64,000 bases of DNA from Bugula neritina (taxonomy: Eukaryota > Animalia > Bryozoa). Below the pieces are notes generated by a model that had not been told where the DNA came from, made no database searches, and worked only from the letters and a program-made list of their open reading frames with translations. How positions within the stretch are numbered: position 1 is the stretch's first letter; each line of letters opens with the position of its first letter. The stretch is taken from positions 1,240,001 through 1,304,000 of the forward strand of contig OZ037766.1 of the NCBI GenBank assembly GCA_964035545.1, written 5' to 3'. This document shows positions 1 to 20,625 of the stretch, one piece after another. A program made the position numbers and the translations under genes.

Positions 1-150
1 CTCTGATACTTACACTCATACTTCTTCTACTCTGTTACTTACACTCACATCTACTCTGTTACTTACACTCACATCTACTCTGATACTTACACTCACATCT
101 ACTCTGATACTTACACTCACATCTACTCTGATACTTACACTCACATCTAC
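1..150. repeat. 24-bp minisatellite (ctctgatacttacactcacatcta)n ending just before the acceptor at 164
   Basis: About 6 copies. Confidence 0.9.
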
Positions 151-164
151 AGCTGTGTGTTCAG

Positions 165-3568
<3,404 letters not shown>

Positions 3569-4065
3569 TCAGATGCATATCTCTGACTTTCACTTCTATT
3601 TATTGTAAAATACTTATTGATTGATTTTTGAAAGTATTGAAATGAAAAGGCTGTATTATTTTGCCGCTCACTTTGCTATATATGAGTAGTTTGTGTACAA
3701 TACTTGATTTCATATCCCAGCTGCAAACTGATCTTGTTTTTCTCTACAATTCTGTGATAGTCGCTCTGAGCTGGGAATCCTCTCTTTCAGAATTTTTTGT
3801 TTTTTTTTATTTTTATAATGATGCAATAAAACTTATACAAACACTTCGCATATTTTATAGTAATCAATTCATATGCGTTGTTCTGATTGGATAGTGTCAA
3901 ATGATATGAGTCACATAAAAAGAATGACAAAATATTTAAGGCAAACAAAAAGTAGTAAACAAAAAGGTGTAAAACAAAGATTTAAAAAATGTCCTGTAAA
4001 CCACAAAAATGGCCTCAGAGTAAAATTTCACTAGAATCAACAGTCAAATCTAACAATAAAACTCT

Positions 4066-7000
4066 TCATAGTTTATCTTTAGTGATGGTGGCACACCAAT
4101 AGCCAGAGGTGTAGTAGCATTTGCTCACAACTAAGTTAGATTTACTAGATTTGATTAGATTTTCTAGTTCGCCTCTCTTGAAAACATGATAAAATCTATC
4201 ATCTCGACTACGGGCTGGGTTCGTTGAATGAGAAACGCAATCCCTCTTATGTACACTAACTTTACCATTCAGGACTTTCGAGACGGAAAATAAGCTACTA
4301 GCAGGAAACTCACGGACTCGAAACTCCTTAGGTACCAGAATCATGGAGTCGTAATGATAGTCACTACGAGAGAGGGCGTTGCTATAGATACTGTTTGAAC
4401 ATTTAGTGATTAGGTTGATTGACTTGTCATCCAGTGAATCTGATCGAGTGGAAGACACAGAGTTGATATAATCCTTAGACTCTCCAGTGTCAATGGAATC
4501 ATCGTGACTATTCAACTTAAACAGATTCATGAACAAGTTGAAGGGTCTGACAAATATTCGCTCAAGTTTGTCCAGCACAGAAAGTTGTGATTGATGCGGC
4601 AATGCAAGGAGCTGATCGCCGGAGGTTTTGGTGGTGGGACGGTGGCAGTTACAGTGAGGGTTGTCCTCCCCTACAGAAGGATATCTCGGCACTAGCAGAT
4701 CCTGTCCATTGAACTGAAACAAAGAAATGTAAAATATGATAGGAAATCAGCACGCAGAGTGAGTGAGACTCAACATCATATCTACTCAGTCAATCAAACA
4801 AAGAGAAATGAGGACAGTTTTAACCATCTCTACTTCATGTCTGCACATCTTACACTTCCCTATCTCTTTCAAGATGACAAGAAAAGAGCTGATAAACTGA
4901 AACATTGTACAACTAGCTTACCAGTGGGCAGTAGATTGCATGTAGACACACTTCCCATCTCTTACTGCACTACTATGAGATTAGCATTAAAAACCCTGCT
5001 ATATAGTTTTTGTATATGTGAAAATGTCGTTACATAACTAAGTAAAATCACGTGTGAAAGGATCTTGTTGAATCTGCATGAAGTTAATTCCACTCTCATA
5101 GGATTCACCAGGAAATATCTCATTGATTTTATTTAAATATGATGCAGTAATATATTCATGTTTATGCAAAGCAGAGTTAGGATTACCTTGCGTTTTTGCT
5201 GCTCGTATGCCCAGGTATAAAGCAGTATTGTACCTCCAGGACGCAAGATTCTGCTTAGTTCCAGGAGAGCCTTGACTTGGCGCTCACTGGAAACCAGGTG
5301 ATGCATGACGCCGATAAACAGCACAGCATCAAACTGATTGTCTCGGAAGGGCAGCGCCACGCAGTCAGCCCGGCAGTTCACACCTGTCACCAATCATAAG
5401 CAGCGTGTCAAGTGTGTGACAACTCAAGTAATTCTCAAGTCTTCCAGTTCTGACTTTGGCTACATGTTTAGATCCAAGAAGCTAGTTTACTAAATATTTA
5501 ATTTCTCTTGAAAACATTTACAAAATAATTTTCCCTAAGTGCAGGTGCTGAATAGATAACTACTGCAGTATGTGACACGTGTCACTAATGCAGTATGAGA
5601 CACATGTCACTGCTACAGTATGACACATGTCACTGCTACAATATATAACACATGTCACATACTGTAGTAGTGACACATGTCACTACTACAGTATGTGACA
5701 TGTGTCATATACTGTAGTAGTGACATGTGTCATATACTGTAGTAGTGACATTTGTCACATACTGTAGTTTTGACACTTTATCTCGAAGCCTGTTCAACAC
5801 ATGGGAGTTACCAAAGCACCTGTGATAGAGTGTCACAAACACCAAGTGACAGTGCCCTGATGGTGCCATCTTATACTGAGGTCTCTACTGAAACACCTGT
5901 CAAAGCATGTCAAGCAGACCAATTCATGTTTCATGTAAAAATTATGAAATTAAACAAGCCCTTATGTAAAAAGAGATTACAAGTAAAAATCAATAACTTA
6001 ACACAAAGAGATGGCTAGATCGTTACATGCTACATGCCTGGTGATTTGAGAGCTTACTGTCAACTAGACAGAAATGTCACACCAGCAACTATAGTATGTA
6101 AACAAAGGTTTTCTACCTAACAAGCAGGTGGCCTACATCTAGAGAGAATCTAGTATACTAGGAGCTGTAGTTGAGATTGTAATATGGAATAAAATAGTAG
6201 AAACTAGTTAGGATAATGAGTAAGAGTGACAAGTAGAGTGGAAGAGGGTGTTGTACACACCTGGAACCCTACTTTCTGCTGCTCTAAGTAGGTTAAAGCT
6301 TCGGTCCACTCCAATCACTGATATATTCGGGTTTACGTTCAGGTAATGTCCATTGCCACACCCTACATAAAATTGAATCATATAAGAACTTGGGCTAACA
6401 AGTTAAAAAAGTTATACAATAAGACAGGCAGCAAACACTGACTACTACTATTAACTAATAACTATTAATATTAACTACTACTATTAGCTACTAACTATTA
6501 GTAATAACTACTACTATTAGCTAATAACTATTAGTATCAACTACTACTATTAACTAATAACTATTAGTATAAACTACTACTACTTAGTTTGATAACCAGT
6601 GGTTAACGACTGTATCATCTTTATAAAGAAATGATGAGCTAATAAAGTGCAAGTCTTCTGTGAAAATATAAAGCAGCTATTAGGATCTACTCTTGTATAA
6701 AAAGGTGAGAAAATTCATCCAATAAAATCAGTAGACTAACTCAAGTATAGGAAATGCTGTGTAGAGTTCTAAGGCTATGAATGAAAGTCAATCAGAGTTC
6801 TGTGAAGAATAGTCAGAGCAAAAGTAACAAGGCTAGCATATTTCCTAGAGTAGTTAGTAACAACACACTAATTTAACAGCCTTTAGATGCAAGTTTCCAG
6901 AACTATTACTCGAAGAGTTTTTCTTTAAACAACAAATCTCCTATTAATTTATAATATAAATATATCAGTAGCTTACAAACTTAATTTCTCATTAACCTAT

Positions 7001-8695
7001 GAACTAATTACCAAAGTATTTAACAAATGAATCATAATGCACTTGATGTTGATAGTTGAAACTTCAAAAATTATTCACCTAAAAGTATAATTTATAAACC
7101 TTACATCATCACAGCTAGAAGTCTGCTGAGAATGAGATGAAATATGAAACTTATGTAAATCAGTTGCCGTTCTACACAGTGTCATCTATAAGTGCTCATT
7201 GCCCAAGTTGCTTCAGAATGTAAATATTATTCACAGTTAATGTGTAGAACCACTAATTTATGTATAGTTGAGAATCTGTGTATCAAACAGCATACAGTGT
7301 TTACTCATTCATGTGGAAGTGATTAAAACGCAGATTTGCTGGTTCTTATATATTCATTTGAAGTGTCCACCATTTCCCTGATCACCATGTAGTTAGACTA
7401 TTGCACATTATTGCTGATAAAATTAGGACTAAGTCATCACAGTCTCACATGATGTAAAGTTGTGATATGATGAAACAAAGAGAAGATATATAATCTCAAC
7501 AGGCTGGTACTTTGGGCCCTTCAAGGCTGAATGGGTTTCCTTTATATCTATACATGTAGTAGTTGCTGGCACACCATCAAACCACTCCACAATTGCTTTC
7601 ATGAGGGAAATTAGCAGAAATTTAGGTTTTCATTACATGCTATTAGCCATAGATCAAGTTCTAAGGAACATCACCAATGAACTCTAGTTTCAGATTGTTG
7701 ATATTGTGTCTAAACACTACTTTGTGTTTCAATTATTGATTTTGTATTGAGATAATGAATAGGTTGTAATGCATGGCATGTGTTTTGACTATTGTGACAT
7801 ATAAATTACACCTTACAGTGTTAGTGTTAGCTTGGCAAAGCCTTGCTTATTAAAGTTACTGAGGCAAAGCAATGAACACAATACTGTTCTACATAAAAGT
7901 CAGTATGTCAGGTTGAAAAGGGCCTTTGCAATGTTGCTTTGTTTGTCTGCAACTTTCAATGCACTCCCAACATGACAAGAGCTAAACTATAAGGGCTGAT
8001 GCTAGAGATCAGATCACCTGCTTGTCACCTGTAGTGTCTAATCACAATTACTTGTAGTGTTTAGTCACAGTTACCTGTCGTGTCTAGTCACAGTTACCTG
8101 TAGTGTTTAGTCACAGTTACCTGTCGTGTCTAGTCACAGTTACCTGTAGTGTTTAGCCACAGTTACCTGTCGTGTCTAGTCACAATCACCTGTCACATGT
8201 ATAGAAACAACCACCTGTTGTGTCTAGTCACAGTCGCCTGTCATGCCTGTCACAGAGAGCTGTATATTCAGTATGACTAACCCACATCAGCAACTAGACT
8301 CCCGGACTCCAAGCCAAGTAAAAATTCCTTGACCTTGGGCCACGGCTGATACTGCTGCTCTTCAAAGTCACTGGCAATTCTGTCATAGACATCGTGAACG
8401 TACAGCTGCTCAAGCAGTTTACTTTTTTCTTCTCTTTCTTTCTTTCTAGTCAAATACGAAGCTGATTAAACTTGGGACAATGTTCTGATCACATGTAATT
8501 TCCAGGTGGCTTCATGCTGCCAAATTTTTGTACCTTCAGACAGCCGAAAACCAGTTCAAACCAGCACCGGATGCGGTAAAAATATATTCTACAATCTAAA
8601 AACTTATCTCAAAAAATCGTTCAAGTCCGCAAGTAGAATACTGGAGACATTTACCTGATTTCGCTGTCTCCACTGGAGAGAGGAGAGTTATTCAT
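4066..8695 (-). CDS. TRMT9B: TRMT9B/Trm9-like SAM-dependent tRNA methyltransferase
   Basis: Exons (minus) 8695-8655 (start exon tentative), 8445-8282, 6362-6261, 5383-5187, 4713-4066. Motifs LEQLYVHDVYDRIA..F, PWPKVKEFL, SLVADVGCGNG (SAM motif I), DCVALPFRDNQFDAVLFIGVMHHL, RILRPGG, WAYEQ, QDLLVP, RFYHVFKRGEL, YWC; long insert before the C-terminal block as in TRMT9B; no AlkB domain seen. Confidence 0.85.
5565..5775. repeat. Degenerate ~25-bp minisatellite (gtgacacatgtcactactacagta)
   Basis: TRMT9B-like intron; palindromic tgacacatgtca core. Confidence 0.75.
6440..6582. repeat. ~31-bp AT-rich minisatellite (actactactattaactaataactattagtat)
   Basis: 4-5 copies. Confidence 0.75.
8015..8250. 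repeat. 24-bp minisatellite (acctgtagtgtttagtcacagtt)
   Basis: About 9 copies, starting ~30 nt inside the intron from the donor at 8281. Confidence 0.8.
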
Positions 8696-11627
8696 CTCCT
8701 CACTCTTCACCCATCACTCTCTGAAGCCACATAAAACACTATCTCACATGTCAACCTCACCAGTGACTGTCAATCATAAACATGTGATCAATCACGGTGT
8801 GTTAGCATTCATTTGTATTGATTATACCAAATATTCTGTGTTTGCATCTCAGTTTTCCCAAAGCTCTGGGGAGTAGCATTACTGGATGAAGCATTGCATT
8901 GTAAACCATTTTTTCATGTTATATAATTAGCCTTGATAAAACAAGTCATGGAGGATGATGGGAAGAAAAGACCATCATAATACAGATTCATTAGTGAGGC
9001 ACGGCAAAATCTATCTACTCTAGCAAGATATAATATTACTCCAGTGTTAAAAATAGTCATGTTACTCTATAATTCAAAAACCATTTTATTATAACAAATT
9101 GCCACTGTGAAACAACTGTTATTTTAGACAAGGTTAATAGTTAAATACCAAATCAGGTCACGTTTTAGCAGTTCAGCTAGAACAGAATATAAACGCTGTT
9201 TTATAATATCATATCAAGCAGAATTTTTGAGTTTAGGTAAACCACTAAATCAATAAATGTAATTTAAGGTTAGCAAGTAATTTGCAGCACTCATGCTTAA
9301 GCTTAGACTGACTTACAGTACTTTGGTGAGTCACTTAGACCAATCACTAAAGCAATATTGTTGTAAGTTGCAATGACTAATCATAAAATTAAGTCAAGTC
9401 CAATAAAGAGTTCTGTTAGTTAAAATACTTGAAGCTCTGCATCTAGGTGCAAAAATTAAAATTACAATAAAAATTGACATAGTTGAAACTATTTACTATA
9501 GGTAATTATAAAACAAAATAAAAATCAACCGCAACATGTAACAGAACTTCAAGTAGCCGAAAAAAGTTTAACTTTGAGTTAAAGTTATCATGATCAAATC
9601 ACTATAATTATCACTATGATTATCATTATGACTAGCCTATGCCTGCCTGTAGTAAGTAGTGTCCTTAACTATATGTCCTTATTGAGTCTGATAGTGATAC
9701 TGATAGTGATAACCATACCTAGTGATGATTTGATAATCAAGTTCAATAATGAGTAGCTTAGTAATCTTACAAGAACAAATATAATTATTATTAATACTAG
9801 TAGTAATACTAATACACTTACAGTAAAAAGTAATACCAATAGCCAATAGGCAATAGGCATAGCAATTGTTACACTAATACTCATAGTGATAGTTATACTT
9901 ATAGTTATAGTATTACTAATACTATTAGTTATAATTATACTTATAGTCATTCATATTCAATGCATCTCGATATCATATGGACGTTACTATCACTATGTTT
10001 ACGCACAGTATGAGTACACTCAGATTTAGTGACTTGCACTTGCAGTAAGTGTTACAGGCTTACAGCATTTGCTTTACTTACAGTTACAGTTACAATCAAT
10101 CACAATGTACGTAAAAGACTAAGTGCAATACTAACACTAACAGGAGCAATAACTCATTATGATTATATATAAGTATAATTAACATTGTCATTGTAAGTTT
10201 CACTGTCAGTGTCACACTGACACTCACACTGTCACACTCACTGTCAGTGTGGTGTAACTGTAAGTGTAAGGCTAAAAGATAAAATATTTTTTACAGATTT
10301 ACCTTACTTGCACTGGCAGTTAACTAAATATACATCATACTCAGTACACAAAATTTACGTTGAGCACGCTTCTATGCACTGCAAGTAAATGCGGAGGCAT
10401 AGTGATATGAATATCAATATGCAAGCTGTAAGCAGCAATGGTTTTGCTTCCATAAAAGATTTAATGAACCCTCTGCTAGTTTGAACAGTAGCCTATGTTC
10501 CATTCATCTTGTTGTGTTGTTAGACAAATTTTAGTATTTAGTAATTGAGAACCCATCTAGTTATTTTAGATCAAATTGACCGCTACTTTAGCGTGTCCAC
10601 TAAAAAGGTTTATTGGTTTTTGCAATCAAATTTGAAAAAGGATTTTTTTTTTCATTATAATCGTAATGATTATTATGATAATGATTATAATTTTGCTTAT
10701 AACCACGAAATATAGTAGCATTTTAATTACAATAAGTTATAAGGTTTATAATTTTTTGATTGTGACTAAACTAACGCCACAGTAGCTATGTCTATTAACA
10801 GATAGTGATACTTATATTCATATTGATATTGTTAAACTTGATGTTATACTTATACTTATACTTATACAGTTATAGTTATAGTTATACTCAATATGAATAT
10901 CATACTCATACTCATACATTGACTCATAGTCATACTGAGACTGTGATACTGATACTGATAGTTATGTTGATACTGATAGTGATACTCATAGTTTTAAAAT
11001 TCTAATGAGAGTGAGAATTAAAGATCAAGTTTCAATATAAATGTTAATATAAAATTAAATATATCATACGCGTTGTAATTATCATTGAATTAATAATTCC
11101 TGGAAGGAAGTTGAGTTTAACAGTAACTCAAACTAGAAACACCTTTACAGTCATTTTAGGATGCTGGATAATCATAGTCATGATATTGTTTTTATAAAGA
11201 ATGTAGTTATTTTGTCTAAGCACCTGAATATCAATATGTATTATTTATTATTGTAATATTTTATTTATTGGTGCAACTGTAAGTCACATTAAATATAGCA
11301 AAGCCATATTTGATGTGAGATTTCAAATCAATATGTTTGATTTTTGTGATATTGTTCCTAGTTTCTATTATATTTTTTACGCCTCATACTTTATTCACAT
11401 TTTAGACTGAATCACTTGAGTTTTTTATAGCTTTACAAAAAACCATTCCATCTCGGATTACTTACATTTTTAAACAGTTTTAGTGCTTGAACTGCTATCT
11501 ATATCATCACAACATCGAAATACCCTAAACTATATACTTTAGATATTGCAGAATTGGTTATAAACAGAAAAATATTTTCTATGAATAATTTTACAGGTAG
11601 CTTTTTGATGTCGTGAAACGAACTGTT

Positions 11628-14356
11628 ATGGCGGACGACAATTATGGAGTGTTGGAAGAACAGCTCCCACCCATACCCATATCTCCTGATTGGTATGAAT
11701 ATTGAAGTTATGTTATACACTGTGTCAAGGTTACAATGTACCTACTCCCACCAATAATGTCTTTCTGTAGCTTATTTCTTCAAACCAAGGTGTCATTTTT
11801 GCTGATTCATAGTATAGTCAAAGGGTGTGAGTCTTCTAGTTGTAAATTGTACATAATGCATAATGTTCTGTAGTGAGGGAGTAGATACCAGCACCCTCAA
11901 TAGTCTGTGGGAACAGGAGGCTATAAGGCTAGCTCAGTATATTGAAAAGAAAAGTTTCAATACAGGTTTGTTTGTTTGAAATAATTGCTGGTATCTACCT
12001 ACAGATTTTCTCTAAAACATCTATCACCTATCACTCATCACTTGTAGATTGATACCTAAAACTGTTTTTGTAGAATTGTTTTTTAACAATTATGCCTGCT
12101 GTTTGGTTTTGGCTAATAATGTCTTTTCACATTATGGTGCTGAATCTGAAAACTGAATATTTTTGTAAAAAATAGAATAACCAACTGTCAGCTGTAGAAG
12201 CATGAAATCAGTTGAATACAAGAACATTCAGTAGAATAACACTAACTCTGAAGTTAAAACATATCATTTTGTTCAAGACATCTTTCAAACTGATTGTGCT
12301 AGCCTTTTTCCTTGAAGCCATTGTCCTTTACAATTTTATAGATCGACACACTGCTGTGCGTTGGAAGCTGCCCTTCAAATAATTATGATTTTAAAAATTC
12401 AACTTATAACTAAGAAGTAAAATTCAGTAATTTTAGTTTTACTCAAATATTTCTAAAAACTATTTTTCAGCATGTCAGATTTGATATAGTTTATAATTGC
12501 TTCTGTAGGCTACCTATATATTTTATCTATTTAATACTTATGCCGGTTATATGTTCACAATGATAGAGGTGGCAAACGAGAGCTATGCTAATGGAGAGAG
12601 CAGTTTAGGGGAAGTGTTTATATCCGATGATGATGAGGTCCCCACTGGAGACTTGCTACAACTAGACACACATTCTTCTATAAAACCTAACAGGACTGTA
12701 AGGATTTCCTTCTTTCTGGCCATTAATATCTATTGTCTTTATGAAAGTAGAACTTTTACTCTAAAAATTTCAGGTATTTTAAATTAACATGAATAGTTGG
12801 CGTCCTTTGTTCAGTGGTGAAATTATTCTCATTGTGGGGACTAGACAACCCCATTTTATATATTATTATTGTATTGTCTGAATTACATATACTTACTAAA
12901 CCCTAAAGTTTTATAGTGTTTAGAATTAGTGAAGCGTACTATTATGCGACACTTAGTGTATTTCATCAACTAATGTCAGTAAAGCATATTCCAGATCTTT
13001 CTAGAACATACCAGACGCCCATGTCAGCATTCATTTCTTAAGTTCTGTTATACACAACAGGGGGTTACCCAACAGCTGAGGGAAATGTTTGGTTTTGAAA
13101 ATCCTCCACCTCCATCTTCCCGACCTGACAGATGTGCTGGGGCCACGGATCGGCTGAGGAAAGTCACCAAGTCTGTAGGTACTTATAGTGATGTAGGAGA
13201 GCCACATGGAGGTGATGGTGGGGATACTAAAGTATCTACAGAAAGTAAATCTCTAAATGTCAGTGGATTGGCAGAAAGTAATGTCAGAGGTGTCAGTAAT
13301 TCAACAAGAAGTAATGTCAGAGGTGTCAGTAAGTCTACAGGAAATGATGTCAGAGGTGTCAGTAATTCTACAGGAAATGATGTCAGAGGTGTCAGTAAAT
13401 ATACAGGAAGTGATGTCAGAGGTGTCAGTAAATCAACAGGAAATGATGTCGGATGTGCCAGTAAGTCTACAGGAAGTAATGTCAGAGGTGTCAGTAAATC
13501 TACAGGAAATAGTGGATCAATAAAGCAAAAGAGAAAGGTAAGCTATTAGTATGTTATAAGAATCAACTGCTGTTGAGCTGATCGTCTCAATTACTTGAAT
13601 TACATTTTAAAATTGTCAAAAACATTCCCAGAAATCCCATTGGTATTGGCTTCACAAGTTTATTCATCAAAACTTACTTTAACTATTAGCATTGCATCAT
13701 GTGTTGTGTAATTGTTGACTTGATTTTAGCCTTTGAGTGAAGTTGTTTCTAACGGCAGTCGCTCCACTCTAGTCTCACCCGCTCCATCAACTAGCAAAGT
13801 TCCCAGGGAGAAAGCTGCCAAGGCTGTCAAGAGTATGAGTGCTGCTGCAAGTAGCTCTAAATCCAAACAGAAGACACGAGCTGTTCCAGGCAGCAAAGAT
13901 TCTCAGTCATGTGACACAGGAAATGCTGCCACCTCAGTGACCCCTCGACCTAAACCACTACTAGCTGCCTCCTGTAAAGCTATGAATACACCCTCCCGAC
14001 TCAAACCCCCTTCCATGACTGATTCAGCTACACCTGCTGGTAAACCCCCTGCTAGGACCCTCTCAGTTACACCTGGTGGCAAACCCCCCTCCAGAACTCT
14101 CTCAGCTACATCTGCTGGTAAACCCCCTGCTAGGACCCTCTTAGCTACACCTGTTGGTAAACCTCCTGCTAGGACCCTCTTAGCTACACCTGTTGGTAAA
14201 CCCCCTGCTAGGACTTGCTTACCTACACCTGCTGGTAAACCCTCCTCCGGGACTCTCTCAGCTACGCCTGCTGGTAGATCATCTGCAAACCACGCTAGAC
14301 ATAACAAGGCCACAGCTACTGCTCCTAACAAAGTTAAAGCAAAATCTACGAGTTGA
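11628..14356 (+). CDS. Uncharacterised ~463-aa protein: acidic N-terminus, Ser/Thr/Pro/Lys-rich low-complexity tail with 11-aa and 13-aa tandem repeats
   Basis: Exons 11628-11692, 11874-11965, 12567-12697, 13061-13537, 13730-14356 join in frame with canonical GT-AG; head-to-head with the TRMT9B-like gene. Confidence 0.7.
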
Positions 14357-14782
14357 ATTGTCAATAGCCAATATCTCTTTTATATTTTTATTCTCAATCA
14401 TGTCAGCCAATTTATTTTCATCCAAATCTCTCTCAGTCTTCTTTGAAATAACTAATATTTTTCATGTTGTATTTATGTTATGTCTCACAGAGTCTTCAAG
14501 GTGATATTTTTTATTAAGATGCAATGATTTTATATTCTGTATATTTATATTGACTGGTTAAATTATAACATATTGTGTATACATACAAACTCAACTGAAG
14601 AGTAACGTCTAAGAAAATGAAATTACAATAAGCCAAAAATTCAGCGCAACTTTATGATACAGTAATGGGATAGAAGCTAGGTTTGGGAGAGTCACTCTGA
14701 CACAGAGGTCAGATTAGCTGAGTGAACTCTAATAAATATGGCAGCAATGACTAATAGCTGACAGTCTGTACTAGCAGCTAAA

Positions 14783-18861
<4,079 letters not shown>

Positions 18862-20391
18862 CTTTATTTGGATTATTTTCAGTTAGGCTTACAGTTACTC
18901 TTAGAGTTAGTGAATTTTGTCCTTTTTACTTTTAGAATCTCAATATGAATTCTACTTTATTTCACCCAGGCTAATTTTTCACAGGCCTTCACTTGGCTAG
19001 TCACAAATAAGAAACGTACAAGTTCGAAATAAAATTATAAATCCAAGCAAAAGTGTCAGTTTTTTATTTAGATTTGGAGTAAACCTCACACTCACTGTGA
19101 CAATCAGTGTCACTGTTGAAAATCAAATTCACTGAAGATGAAAGTGAAATTGTCGGGCACAAACTTATGTTAATGTTGAAAATGCAGTTCAGGCACTATC
19201 TTCAATAGTGAACGGTAATAGTGGTGCTTTTGATCGTGGCAAAAGTATCATATTATTTATTTAAAAATTCACCAAATTAAAACATTAACTTTGTCCATAA
19301 ACCGATAAAACAGTTACTTCAACATAATCTTATATTTATGCAAACCTTCCAGCAATTCACGACATTGACCTAGTCTCGAAAATAGCTGCGGTTTATTTAT
19401 AGTAGGGGGGTTATTTTGTGAATTTATTTATCGACTACTCAATCTTGTTCGGACTTTTTTCGCAGCTAATGTCACTGTAGGCTGGCGCTGGCAATGAATC
19501 ACAACTTCAAAGGGGTTATAGTTCAATGGGCGCTGGTGTCGAATTACTATAGATTGAAAGCCATAGGCGATTTAGAAAAAAAATTGGCCCATGTTGGCAT
19601 ATTTACGTAATTTAACAGCGCCCACTTGTCTGATCGCAGCTAGAGTAAAAAGCAGAAGCCTAATATTTGTTCCTCTCAAGTTTATAAGAAAAAATGGATA
19701 GCTGCCTATTGTAGTTTTGCTTACTTCACCTCTGGCATTTTACCTCAGAACAGCATGAGAATGAAGGTGCTGCCTCGCAAGAAGAAGCAGCTGGTGAAGA
19801 GTTTGTCAGCGTAAACTCTGTGTAAAAAAGTATATGATTGGAGCCTTGCACCACCACCTCTAGCCAATTTTGAGCAAACTCAATGATTCCATTGTTACTC
19901 ATCTACTTTTTTTATAAGTTGCAACTCATATCACAAAAACGTTACAATTTTTCAATAATATAGTGAATTTCTTTATTGGTTAAAATTATGCATTAATTTG
20001 TGTATTTATGCATGATATCCAGAATTGGACAACTTCTAAAAAATTTCAAACAGTGTTAGTTTTTAGTATAGTTTTTAGTATACACTTCTGCAAACGCTGT
20101 TTATTTTTCTCAAAAGAAATGGAGTACAAAAACCTAGTATATAGTTTTTGAAAAAGCCGAAGTTTGTGATAATTTTAAAAATGCTTCAAAGATTCAACAA
20201 ATTAGTTGATGTAGGTTATAGTTGCGGTTTCTTCTTTACAAAGAAAATATCAAAAAGCCGTTGGATTTCCAACAACTGTTCCCAGTCAACAATTTCCGGC
20301 TACCTGTGTTACCATCATAAACTCTACAATCGGCACCAATTTTTATAAGTTCAAGTGATGAACAACCTGAATATTATCGCCTCATTGCCCC

Positions 20392-20625
20392 AAAGGTTGC
20401 TAGGGTTAAAAGTGGAATTATAACATACATTTACTTGGATTATATTTTAAACCCATCTATTCTTATTTTCCCACAGCTTGCATAGCTTTTTCATTTTTAA
20501 TGACTGCAATTATTAAAAATGAAAAAGCTATATGCAAGCTGTGGGAAAATAAGAAGAGATAGGTTTAAAATAGCATCCAAGTAAATGTATGTTATAATTC
20601 CACTTTTAACCCTATAAGCAACTTT
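20392..20625. repeat. Long near-perfect inverted repeat (foldback), ~115-bp arms
   Basis: tagggttaaaagtggaattataacatacatttacttggat... mirrored by ...atccaagtaaatgtatgttataattccacttttaacccta; centre aatgactgcaattatt. Confidence 0.85.

Noticed and set aside
13903-14364. Antisense 153-aa ORF with GGLPTGVAKRVLA repeats
   Set aside because: Shadow of the plus-strand repeat-coding exon.
19690-20350. Possible decayed DNA-transposon coding remnant
   Set aside because: Only short stop-interrupted fragments; no recognisable transposase motif.
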